64,000 bases of DNA from Candidatus Latescibacterota bacterium. Its GTDB lineage: Bacteria > Latescibacterota > UBA2968 > UBA8231. Positions 1-9,058 of this stretch are shown here, one piece after another. Every line of letters begins with the position of its first letter. Position 1 is the stretch's first letter. A program made the translations under genes and the position numbers. The stretch spans positions 1 to 64,000 of the forward strand of contig OZ242005.1 in NCBI GenBank assembly GCA_965204725.1, read 5' to 3'. Under the pieces are notes generated by a model that made no database searches, was not told the DNA's origin, and saw only the letters and a list, made by a program, of their open reading frames with translations.

Positions 1-196
1 GGTATTGTCAAGCGGTCAAAAAACATAGGTCGCCCCGGCCCTCCCAAGCTAGCCGGTCCGCCGGTGAGCTTGGCGAGAGAGAGGGCTACTCATTGCCCGG
101 TCCGTACGCGGCCCTGTTGCGCGTCAATGCGCTTGGTTGTCCGCATCCAAGTCTTTTGCTACGTTAGGCGCGACAACTCAAATCCTAATACGACAG

Positions 197-3100
197 ATGG
201 AAACAAAACTAACGAGAAAAGACCTGGCCTTCATCGGCGGCTGCTTGCTCGTGGCCGCGGTTAGTTTGGCCGTTGGAGTTCACTACTTCTACCGAGCCTT
301 TCCCGAAGCCTCCATCGACTTCCGCGTCACCCGCGACGAGGCGAAAGTGCAGGCCGCTAATTTTCTCGAGGCCCGCGGCTTTGACCTCGCCTCCTACCGC
401 CACAGTGCCATTTTTTACTACGATGACCAAGCCAAGACCTTCCTCGAGCGCGAGTTGGGTCTCGAAGGGGCCACGCAGGTCATCGGCAATCCCGTGCAGT
501 TGTGGCGCTGGAGCCACCGCTGGGTGCGGGAGCAGGAAAAGGAGGAGTTCAAAGCCACGGTTACAACGTCTGGCGAGCTCGTCAGTTTTAGCCATCTCAT
601 TGAGGAAGAAACGCCCGGCGCACACCTCCAAGAAGCCGAAGCCCGCCGCTTGGCCGAGACCTTTCTCACGGGCGAGCTCGGCCGCACACTCGCCGCGCTC
701 GACTTTGTAGAAGCGCAGGCTCAGGAGCGGCCCAACCGCACGGACTACACCTTCAGCTGGAAGCTGCGCGACTTCGCCGTTGGCGAGGGCCACTACCGCT
801 TCTATGTGCGCCTGCAAGGCGACCAGATCGGCGGCTTTGGCGAGTATCTCAAAATCCCCGAGGCTTGGGAGCGCGACTACGCAGAGTTGCGGTCCCGCAA
901 CGAGACTGCGGGCTTGGTGGCTGTGGTCGCACTCATCCTGACCGTGCTGGCGATGGTGGTTTCGTTCTTTAGCGGCGTCCGCGCCCGCGACATTCGCTGG
1001 AAGACCGCGGCGATCTTCGGGGCCATCGCCGCGGGCCTAACCCTGCTGGCCCAACTCAACAACCTGCCGCTGACCTCGTTTAGCTACGACACCACCGATA
1101 CATACGGGTCTTTTTGGATCGGGCAACTGCTCAACAGCCTGTTCGCCGCGGCCGGCCAAGGTATCCTCATTTTCTTTCTCACGGCGGCGGCCGAGCCTTT
1201 GTACCGACGCCACTACGCCAACCAAGTCCAGATCGGGGGCCAGTTTACGCCAGCGGGCCTGCGCACCAAGCGCTTTCTCCTCGGCACCATTCTCGGCTTG
1301 GCCATGACGCCCGCCTTTTTGGCCTATCAAGTCCTCTTTTACATCACAGCCGAGCAATTCGGTGCTTGGAGCCCGGCCGACATCCCCTACAGCGAGATGG
1401 TCAACACGTATATCCCTTGGATCATGGTGCTGTTGATCGGCTTTATGCCCGCAGTCTCCGAGGAGTTTATCTCTCGGGCGTTTTCGATTCCCTTCCTGCA
1501 CAAATACCTCAAGTCGCGCTGGGCCGCGGTCTTTATTGCGGCTCTTATATGGGGGTTCGCTCATGCCGGCTACCCGCAACAGCCTTTTTACATTCGCGGC
1601 ATTGAGGTGGGTATCGGCGGTATCGTCGTCGGCTATATTTTTCTCCGCTACGGGATTCTCGCCCCGCTCGTATGGCACTACACGATTGACGCCCTGTACA
1701 CATCCCTAATCCTCTTCCGCTCGTCCAACAGCTACTTCGTCGTTTCAGCGGCCTTGTCGGCCGGCCTCATGCTCCTGCCCTTGGCGGTGGCGGTCGTCCT
1801 CTATCTGCGGCAACGCCGCTTTGCCGACCCAACGCCTTTGCTCAACCAAAGCGCTGCGCCCCCAGCCCCAAAAGCCGGCGCGGGCGAATCCATAGCCCCC
1901 GCAGCGGCCCCTGCGTTTGCCTATACTCCGCTGTCCAAGCGGCGCGTGGGTTGGGCTGCTGCCGTGGCAGTGGCCTCGCTCGGCTTTTTTGCCCTCGACT
2001 ACGAAAAGCCGCTCGACTTTGTCGATGTCCACCTGACGCAAGCCGAGGCCGAGGCCAAGGCCATTGCCTACTTAGAGGCGACCGGCGCGGATGCCGCGGG
2101 ATACGAGGTGGTCACGTACTATCAAAACCAACCGAACGCACTGGCGATCCGCTACATCCTAGAACGCGACTCAGTGGTCGTCGTCAACCGCCTATACCGA
2201 GACGACCTTTTGGCTAGCTTGTGGGTGACGCGCTTTTTCCGCTACGGAGAAAAGGAGGAATACCAAGTCGCCGTCCATCCAGCAGACGGCTCCCTCTACA
2301 GCATGAACCACCTGTTGGCCGAAGAAGCCGCGGGTGCCGACCTCAGCGAAGCGCAAGCCCGCGCGATCGCCGTCGAGCACTTGCGCTCCTTCGGCCTCGA
2401 CCCCGAGGGCTTGGAGCTGAAGGAATCCTCCGCGGAAAAGCTCCCCAACCGCCGCGATCACCGCTTCGTCTTTGAAGCGGCTGAGGGCAGCGAGCGCAAC
2501 GTCGATGAGCTGCGCTACCGAGTGCGAGTCACCGTGGCCGGCGACGAGCCGGTTTCCATCTATCGCTTCCTCCACGTTCCCGAGGCTTGGGCGCGCGAGT
2601 ACAAGGAGAGCACCACGCTCAAAACCGCGCTTTTCGGCCTGTTTATCGTCTTAATTGCCGCCGTGGTGCTGCACGGCCTGTGGCTGCTGGTGCGCCGCGT
2701 GCGGAACGAGGGCATCGCTTGGACGCCGCTGGTCAAAATCGCCGCGGTCGGCGCGGCCTTTTGGTTGCTCCACCTTATCAATGGCCTGTCGGTCGTCGAG
2801 CGCATCTACGATACCCGCCTCACCCTGCCGATCTTCACCATTACCCAGATACTCAGCCTTGTCTTGGGCAGTTTGGGGATGGGCTTGGTGCTTCTCGCGG
2901 CTCTCGGCTTGGCTACCAGCCTCTATCCAGACTGGCCGATGCGCTTGCGGGCGGCGCGGCGCGTACCTGAATTCCGCGACGCTGTCGTCGGGGTCGCGCT
3001 GGTCCTCGTCGCCCGAGCGGCGTGGGAACACTTGCGCGGCTACGTAGAGAGCCGATTCGTCGCCTCCGACCCGAGCCTCGGCTTTAGGCTGCCCTCTGAA

Positions 3101-3538
3101 TTGGATCAGTACTTGCCCTTTTGGAATCCCCTGTCCGACGGCGTAACAGGGGCCATACTCGTCCCGATTCTCGCGGGGTTGGTGCTCTACTATAGCCGCG
3201 TCGTCATAAAAAGGAGGCTCTACGTAGTCGTGGTAGGATTGGGGGCGGGCTTGATTATGTCCGGCAGCAATGCCATCTACTTCGACGAATTCCTCTTTGA
3301 GTTACTGACGTTTGTCACCAGTGTTGGCTTCGTCGTCGCTGCAATCGTCTTGGTCTTGCGGAACAACCTGCTCGCCTACGTGCTACTGGGGTTTGCCTCG
3401 GTGTTCTCAGAGGTCAAGGGCTTGGGTGCGCTGTCTGCACCGGCCTATCAGGTACAAGCCGGCATCCTGTTGCTACTGTCGCTTGGGTTCGTCTTCTGCC
3501 TGTGGTGGTGGTTGGGCACTCAACGCGAGGCGAGATGA
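197..3538 (+). CDS. Large CPBP (CAAX/Abi) family intramembrane metalloprotease with duplicated extracytoplasmic (PepSY-like) modules
   Basis: SEEFISR, WGFAH and VWHYTIDA CPBP motifs; many TM segments. ATG at 197 preferred over the ORF-track start at 137. Confidence 0.75.
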   Translation: METKLTRKDLAFIGGCLLVAAVSLAVGVHYFYRAFPEASIDFRVTRDEAKVQAANFLEARGFDLASYRHSAIFYYDDQAKTFLERELGLEGATQVIGNPVQLWRWSHRWVREQEKEEFKATVTTSGELVSFSHLIEEETPGAHLQEAEARRLAETFLTGELGRTLAALDFVEAQAQERPNRTDYTFSWKLRDFAVGEGHYRFYVRLQGDQIGGFGEYLKIPEAWERDYAELRSRNETAGLVAVVALILTVLAMVVSFFSGVRARDIRWKTAAIFGAIAAGLTLLAQLNNLPLTSFSYDTTDTYGSFWIGQLLNSLFAAAGQGILIFFLTAAAEPLYRRHYANQVQIGGQFTPAGLRTKRFLLGTILGLAMTPAFLAYQVLFYITAEQFGAWSPADIPYSEMVNTYIPWIMVLLIGFMPAVSEEFISRAFSIPFLHKYLKSRWAAVFIAALIWGFAHAGYPQQPFYIRGIEVGIGGIVVGYIFLRYGILAPLVWHYTIDALYTSLILFRSSNSYFVVSAALSAGLMLLPLAVAVVLYLRQRRFADPTPLLNQSAAPPAPKAGAGESIAPAAAPAFAYTPLSKRRVGWAAAVAVASLGFFALDYEKPLDFVDVHLTQAEAEAKAIAYLEATGADAAGYEVVTYYQNQPNALAIRYILERDSVVVVNRLYRDDLLASLWVTRFFRYGEKEEYQVAVHPADGSLYSMNHLLAEEAAGADLSEAQARAIAVEHLRSFGLDPEGLELKESSAEKLPNRRDHRFVFEAAEGSERNVDELRYRVRVTVAGDEPVSIYRFLHVPEAWAREYKESTTLKTALFGLFIVLIAAVVLHGLWLLVRRVRNEGIAWTPLVKIAAVGAAFWLLHLINGLSVVERIYDTRLTLPIFTITQILSLVLGSLGMGLVLLAALGLATSLYPDWPMRLRAARRVPEFRDAVVGVALVLVARAAWEHLRGYVESRFVASDPSLGFRLPSELDQYLPFWNPLSDGVTGAILVPILAGLVLYYSRVVIKRRLYVVVVGLGAGLIMSGSNAIYFDEFLFELLTFVTSVGFVVAAIVLVLRNNLLAYVLLGFASVFSEVKGLGALSAPAYQVQAGILLLLSLGFVFCLWWWLGTQREAR

Positions 3539-3607
3539 TGGAGCTTATTCCGACGTCTTAAAATCCCTATTACCACCCTATACCGCACTCAACGAAAGGA
3601 ACATACC

Positions 3608-4306
3608 ATGCGCGTACTCGTAACCGGCGCAGCCGGCCGCGTTGGCTCGACCGTAGCTCGCGGCCTGCAAGCGCGCCACCAAGTGCGCGGCCACGACCGC
3701 GTGCCCATGCCCGACTTCGCCGATACGGTCGTGTCCGACCTCGCCGACTTCGACTCTATGTTGGAAGCCACACGCGGCGTGGATGCCATTGCCCACATCG
3801 GCGGCCTGCCCGGCGGCCAAGAGTGGGCTACCATGCTACAGGGTAACTTCATCGGCACGTACAACGTCTTTGAGGCCGCTCGCCAAAACGGCGTCAAGCG
3901 CGTCGCCTATGCCAGCCGCGCCGGGGTCTTGAGCCTCTATCCGCGCAGCATCCATCGCACGGTCGAGATGCCTACCACCCCGGTGGGGATCTACACGGTT
4001 AGCAAGATCTTCGGCGAGGCCCTAGCCCACTCTTTTGCCCACCAGCACGACATGGAGTTTGTCTGCGTGCGCATCGGCAACTTCAACCTCGACCGCGACC
4101 AACCCGAGCACCCGCACCACCTCAGCCACGGCGATTGCGTACGGGTTTTTGAGCGGGCACTGGTCCATCCGGGCGTCAAGTTTGAAATCGTCTTTGGAGT
4201 GTCGGGCAGCAACTGGCCACTCTACGACATCGAACACGGCAAAAGGGCGATTGGATACGAGCCGCAGGATTATTCGGATGTGCCCGAAGAGAAGCGGGAG
4301 AGGTAG
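3608..4306 (+). CDS. NAD-dependent epimerase/dehydratase (uronate dehydrogenase-like)
   Basis: TGAAGRVG Rossmann motif, YTVSK catalytic motif, AAGGA RBS. Confidence 0.85.
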   Translation: MRVLVTGAAGRVGSTVARGLQARHQVRGHDRVPMPDFADTVVSDLADFDSMLEATRGVDAIAHIGGLPGGQEWATMLQGNFIGTYNVFEAARQNGVKRVAYASRAGVLSLYPRSIHRTVEMPTTPVGIYTVSKIFGEALAHSFAHQHDMEFVCVRIGNFNLDRDQPEHPHHLSHGDCVRVFERALVHPGVKFEIVFGVSGSNWPLYDIEHGKRAIGYEPQDYSDVPEEKRER

Positions 4307-4389
4307 GATGTCGGACGTCCGATGCTTGACATTCAGCCCGCCGACTACTAATTTTCAAAATTGTTCCCTTTTTGGGATCATATTACTTA

Positions 4390-5274
4390 ACTAATGGTGC
4401 TAGTAGTTGACCGTGGTCTAGGTAGTTCCTACGCTGAGGGGTCCAACCTTTCAGCTCAGGAGCGTCCCAAATGACCACGGCCGATTTTATAATAGCCCTG
4501 TTCTATCGCATTGACAATCACATGCTTGACGTGCCCAAACATCCGCAAGCGTCCTTATATCCCAGTGAGGTGGTCACCTTAGGGGTGTTGTATGCGCTTA
4601 AAGGCGGCGGTAAACGGGCGTTTTACCGCTGGCTGGTGCGGGATTGGCAGGCCTTGTTCCCGCGCTTGGTGTCGCGCTCGCGCTTGTTTCGCCTGTTTAC
4701 GACCCATGCCGATTGGACCGACCGCTTCCGAGCGGAGCCGACGACGTTAGGAGTGGTCGATAGCTATGGCATTGAGTTGATCCATCCGGTGCGCCAAGGC
4801 CGGGCGCAGCAATCCCTCGGTAAGAAAGGGCTGTCCAATCATCGCTGGATCGTCGGGGGCAAGCTCTGCGTGATCGTCAATCAGTGGGGCCGGATCGTCG
4901 ATTGGGATTGGAACACGGCCAATGTCCACGATTCGGTCTTTCATCCGATGATCCGACGCTTCCAACAGCGGATGATCGTCCTCAGCGACCAAGGCTTTCA
5001 TGCCAAAGCCGGCAATCCGGCCAACCTGAAAGTGTGTCCCCGCAAAACTTGGAGCGAGCGGATGGTCCTTGAGACGGTCTTTTCCATGCTCACCCGAATC
5101 AGCCGCTTTAAGCAGCAGACCCATCGAGCCTGGGCGTATTTTACCGCCCATCTCGGCTTGGCCATGGCCGCCTTCAATCTGCTGGCGCAGTGGCAGGGAG
5201 TACAGCCGGATGAAAACGGATTCGTCCCGTTGTCTATCGCGGAGTTCGGATTATAAAACACTAGCACCATTGGT
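4390..5274 (+). mobile_element. IS982-family insertion sequence
   Basis: Terminal IRs ACTAATGGTGCTAGT (4390-4404) and ACTAGCACCATTGGT (5260-5274), 14/15 match. 6-bp direct repeat TACTTA at 4384-4389 and 5275-5280. Confidence 0.85.
4471..5256 (+). CDS. IS982-family DDE transposase
   Basis: VVDSYGI, SDQGF and RMVLETVFSML DDE motifs; lies between the IRs. Confidence 0.85.
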   Translation: MTTADFIIALFYRIDNHMLDVPKHPQASLYPSEVVTLGVLYALKGGGKRAFYRWLVRDWQALFPRLVSRSRLFRLFTTHADWTDRFRAEPTTLGVVDSYGIELIHPVRQGRAQQSLGKKGLSNHRWIVGGKLCVIVNQWGRIVDWDWNTANVHDSVFHPMIRRFQQRMIVLSDQGFHAKAGNPANLKVCPRKTWSERMVLETVFSMLTRISRFKQQTHRAWAYFTAHLGLAMAAFNLLAQWQGVQPDENGFVPLSIAEFGL

Positions 5275-5308
5275 TACTTAAAGCCAAAACGATAACGGCG
5301 TAGAACCC

Positions 5309-5602
5309 ATGCGGATTATCGCCAAGAGGGCACTCCGGGAGTTCTGGGAGCGGTATCCGAACGCCAAAGAGCCGCTTCTCGCTTGGTATCGGGAGGTCAA
5401 GCAAGAAAATTGGGATACACCGGCAAAGGTAAAAGCGAAGTACCGCAACGCCAGCATCGTTGGTGGCAACCGGGTGGTCTTCAATATCAAGGGCAACGAC
5501 TACCGGCTTGTGGCGGAAATCAACTACGAGTACCGAGTTGTCTATGTGCGCTTCGTGGGTACACACGCCGCATATAATGCCGTAGATGCGAGGGAGGTTT
5601 AG
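5309..5602 (+). CDS. higB: HigB-family type II toxin (RelE-like mRNase)
   Basis: MRIIAKRALREFW, VFNIKGNDYRL and RFVGTHAAY are typical of HigB. Confidence 0.9.
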   Translation: MRIIAKRALREFWERYPNAKEPLLAWYREVKQENWDTPAKVKAKYRNASIVGGNRVVFNIKGNDYRLVAEINYEYRVVYVRFVGTHAAYNAVDAREV

Positions 5603-5604
5603 AG

Positions 5605-6846
5605 ATGGCGAATGTCAAGCCGATTCGGACTGAGCAGGACTACGAAGCCGCGCTGGCCCGAGTTGACGAGCTCATGGCTGCGGCTCCCGGTAGCCCGGAG
5701 GGAGACGAGTTAGATGTTCTGGTTGATCTAGTCGAGTTGTATGAGAGCAAGCACGAGCCAATGGGGTATCCAAGCCCCCTATCGGCCCTTGAGTTCCGCA
5801 TGGAGCAGGGAGGCCTGAAGCCACGCGACCTGATCCCTTTTATCGGGAGCCGGGCGAAAGTGTCGGAAGTTCTTTCCGGCAAGCGGGCCATCACGATGCC
5901 GATGGCGCGTGCCCTCCACGAGCATCTCGGGATTCCAGCAGATGTCCTTCTACGGCAGCCGGGCGCAGCACTTGACGAGCCATTGGCCGACGTTGAGTGG
6001 ACCCGGTTTCCCCTCAAGGCGATGGCCAAGCTAAAGTGGTTGCCCGACAGCCCCGACTTAGCGGAGCGGGCCGAGGAACTCATCGGTGCTCTGATTGAAC
6101 GAGCGGGCGGACGAGATGTGGTCGATGCTGCGTTGTATCGCAAGGACGATCACCTGCGGGTGAATGCCAAAACGGACCCTTACGCGCTCAAGGCTTGGTG
6201 CTGGCAGGTGCTGGCAAGGGCGAACGAAAGCTCGCCAAAGGCGAACTACGTGTGCGGCACTGTGACCTTGGACTTTCTCAAGGAGGCCGCAAGGCTTAGC
6301 GGCTCGGAGGCCGGACCGAGGCTGGCTAAGGACTTCCTAGCAGAGAACGGCATCGCGCTGGTGACCGAGCGACACCTGCCGAGAACATATCTTGATGGGG
6401 CTGCACTCCGGCTCGGCGATGGTCGGCCCGTGATCGGATTGACCCTGCGCTACGACCGTATCGACCATTTCTGGTTCTGCCTGTTACACGAGCTCGCTCA
6501 TGTGGGTCGCCACACGGACCACAACCACGGTGTTGCTTTCTTCGACGACCTGACATTGCGTACCGTGGGAGGGGAGAAGGAAAGTCCGCGAGAGGCACAA
6601 GCCGACGAATGGGCAGAGGAGGCACTCGTTCCGTGGGCTGTGTGGGAAGCGAGCGCGGTTCGCGAGCGGCCGACCTCGACAGCGGTGATGAATCTGGCGA
6701 GCGCATTGCAGGTGCATCCGGCGATCATTGCGGGTAAGGTCCGGTACGAACGGCAAAACCATCGGCTACTGTCGCAATTCGTCGGGACTGGCGAGGTCCG
6801 GCGGCATGAGATTCCTGCATTAGCTGGACCAAATTCCGAGAGGTGA
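5605..6846 (+). CDS. higA: HigA antitoxin fused to an ImmA/IrrE-type metallopeptidase
   Basis: N-terminal KPIRTEQDYEAAL plus HTH (SEVLSGKRAIT); C-terminal FWFCLLHELAH (HEXXH) and EAQADEWA. Confidence 0.85.
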   Translation: MANVKPIRTEQDYEAALARVDELMAAAPGSPEGDELDVLVDLVELYESKHEPMGYPSPLSALEFRMEQGGLKPRDLIPFIGSRAKVSEVLSGKRAITMPMARALHEHLGIPADVLLRQPGAALDEPLADVEWTRFPLKAMAKLKWLPDSPDLAERAEELIGALIERAGGRDVVDAALYRKDDHLRVNAKTDPYALKAWCWQVLARANESSPKANYVCGTVTLDFLKEAARLSGSEAGPRLAKDFLAENGIALVTERHLPRTYLDGAALRLGDGRPVIGLTLRYDRIDHFWFCLLHELAHVGRHTDHNHGVAFFDDLTLRTVGGEKESPREAQADEWAEEALVPWAVWEASAVRERPTSTAVMNLASALQVHPAIIAGKVRYERQNHRLLSQFVGTGEVRRHEIPALAGPNSER

Positions 6847-7724
6847 TACTCATGGACCCAAGCTGCTTGCAGTACTGCATGACCGAGGCACAGCGCGACC
6901 ATTTTGATCAGCAGGGATACTTGATCGTCGAGGACGCGCTCGACGACGATCTGCTGGGCAGGTTGCTGGAGGCCGGCGATCGCGTCGATGCCCAAGAAAG
7001 GGCGGCGCGTGGCCTAGTGCCCCATGCCTTGATGACGAAGTTCAGGACTATTGTCGAGGATGATGTTTTTCTCGAATTGCTCGATTGGCCCAAGACCTTC
7101 CCGCTGATCTGGGACATTCTCGGCTGGAACGTCCAGCACTATATCTCGCACTTGATTTACTACCCGCCCGAATCCAAGAATAGCGTCCATCTAAAGCCCG
7201 GAGGATGGCACCAAGACGGCGGCCGGCCGGTCCCCGAAATGGAGCGTCCCCAACCGAGGTTGTCGCTAAAGGTCGGATTCTGGTTGACCGACATCAGCGA
7301 GCCGGATAGAGGGGGGATTAGGATTGTCCCCGCAAGCCACAAGCGAGATCATCCGCCCGATTTTGCCGATGCGATGCAGGTTCAGGTGAAGGCGGGAACG
7401 GCCGTGCTGTTCGACCGCCGGATGTGGCATGCGCGTGGGATCAACACCTCGGATACGACCCGGAAAGTGCTATTTTTGGGGTATAGCTATCGCTGGCTGC
7501 GCGGCCTCGACTACAACCTGATGCCCGCTGAAATCCTCGACAAATGCAGCCCGATACGCCGGCAATTGCTCGGCGATGGAGTAGATGTCAAAGGCTGGTG
7601 GCAGCCAACCGATGAGGACGTTCCCCTCAAAGGCTGGCTGAGCGAGCACAAGGGGGCGTCCTACGTCGAGCGGATTGGGCAAAAGCAGTGGGAAAGAGAA
7701 AAGTGGGCAACGGCCAGCGGCTAA
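6843..7724 (+). CDS. Phytanoyl-CoA dioxygenase (PhyH) family Fe/2OG oxygenase
   Basis: WHQDG, WH and R facial-triad motifs. The start may be the ATG at 6852. Confidence 0.85.
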   Translation: MILMDPSCLQYCMTEAQRDHFDQQGYLIVEDALDDDLLGRLLEAGDRVDAQERAARGLVPHALMTKFRTIVEDDVFLELLDWPKTFPLIWDILGWNVQHYISHLIYYPPESKNSVHLKPGGWHQDGGRPVPEMERPQPRLSLKVGFWLTDISEPDRGGIRIVPASHKRDHPPDFADAMQVQVKAGTAVLFDRRMWHARGINTSDTTRKVLFLGYSYRWLRGLDYNLMPAEILDKCSPIRRQLLGDGVDVKGWWQPTDEDVPLKGWLSEHKGASYVERIGQKQWEREKWATASG

Positions 7725-7729
7725 CAGCA

Positions 7730-9058
7730 CTACCGGCTTAGCCGGTCGAGGACATTGCGGGTGATTTGGGCGACGGCTGCGTTTCCTTTTAGCCCGTGCG
7801 ACCAGTCGGTCGTCCCGGCCGTGAACACCGTGCCGCGGCGCGTATAAAGGCCCATGACCGCGGCGCCCTCCCGGCCTTTTTCCCAGTGCTCGTACCACTC
7901 GCTGTCGTCTGGGTGCCAGCGCGCTGGGGCGGTACACAAAATGGTAAAGTCCAACGGGGTGCCATAAGTCCCCTTGGGCACTGGCCGCCCGTTTTCCAGC
8001 GCGTACTCGCAGCCATCGCACTCATAGCCGACGATGGTGTGCTCGCCCCCGAAGCTATCGCCCTGCTGCAAGCCCGTCCCCGCAAAAACCCAGTGCTCCG
8101 GGCGATGGACTACAAACGCCCCGGACCCGTCCATGTATTGCCCGTGGCTCAAGTGATAACCCCCGTAGAGAAAGCCGACGCCGGTCAACTCGTTTTCCGG
8201 CCGGCCCACGAGGTGGTGGCTCCACAACGTCGAAACATTCGCGTACTCTCCGGCGGCATAGGCCGGGTCCATGTTGAACTGTTGCTTCCAGCACACCAGC
8301 GCCCGGCCCTCGTCCTCACTGCGAACCTGCCAGCACACCGAGTTGCCGCTGAAGAACGCGGCATTGCCCCCAGCGGCGATAGCGGCTTCGAGGTGGTCGC
8401 GCATAGGCCCGGACCAGTATTCGTCGTGCCCCACGCTGAGTACGAGCCGGTAGTTGTCCAACAGTTCGGGATGCCATTCGAGGTCGGAATTGGCGCAGTA
8501 GTCAAGCGCGTATCCAGCCGCCTCCGCCCACTCGACAAAGTCGCGCTCCCAGCGGTCGAAAAGCCCGGCCAGCGGGCGGTCGAAGGAGACGCGATGCCCC
8601 TGCAAGCCGCCGCGCCCGTGATAGCCGTACAAGCTGGAGCCGCCCCAGTTGTTGTAAGCGTTGTAGGTATTGGTGGCGAGCTGGAGGAGGATGCGGGCGT
8701 TGGTGGGGCCTGTGGGGCGGACGATAAAAAAGCCCCGGCTCTCGGTCGTGCGCCGCCCGCGCCGCACGAACTTGCCGCCTTGGTCCGCAACGCGCAGCAC
8801 AAACTCGTAGTACCCGCTGCGCCAGTCGTCGGGGACTTCCAACGCGCAGGAAACCGGCCAGCCGCACCCATTGGCCGAAGCGTCCTCTGGCACGGGATGG
8901 GCCGCCCCGGGCAGCCGGTCCTGCCGCCACATTACCTCGCGCTCAGCCCCGATCCGCGCCACTTCCAACGCGTACTCGCCCGCGCTGGTCGCCACGTGAA
9001 AGCGCACTCGCTCGCCGGCCCGGTAGCTGAGCTGGTCGGTGTAGCCTTCGACGAACAT
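7730..9058 (-). CDS. N,N-dimethylformamidase beta-subunit-like (DUF6605) protein
   Basis: TYNAYNNWGG.SLY, SVGHDEYWS, FFSGN and GYECDG motifs. Confidence 0.75.
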   Translation of the reverse strand: MFVEGYTDQLSYRAGERVRFHVATSAGEYALEVARIGAEREVMWRQDRLPGAAHPVPEDASANGCGWPVSCALEVPDDWRSGYYEFVLRVADQGGKFVRRGRRTTESRGFFIVRPTGPTNARILLQLATNTYNAYNNWGGSSLYGYHGRGGLQGHRVSFDRPLAGLFDRWERDFVEWAEAAGYALDYCANSDLEWHPELLDNYRLVLSVGHDEYWSGPMRDHLEAAIAAGGNAAFFSGNSVCWQVRSEDEGRALVCWKQQFNMDPAYAAGEYANVSTLWSHHLVGRPENELTGVGFLYGGYHLSHGQYMDGSGAFVVHRPEHWVFAGTGLQQGDSFGGEHTIVGYECDGCEYALENGRPVPKGTYGTPLDFTILCTAPARWHPDDSEWYEHWEKGREGAAVMGLYTRRGTVFTAGTTDWSHGLKGNAAVAQITRNVLDRLSR

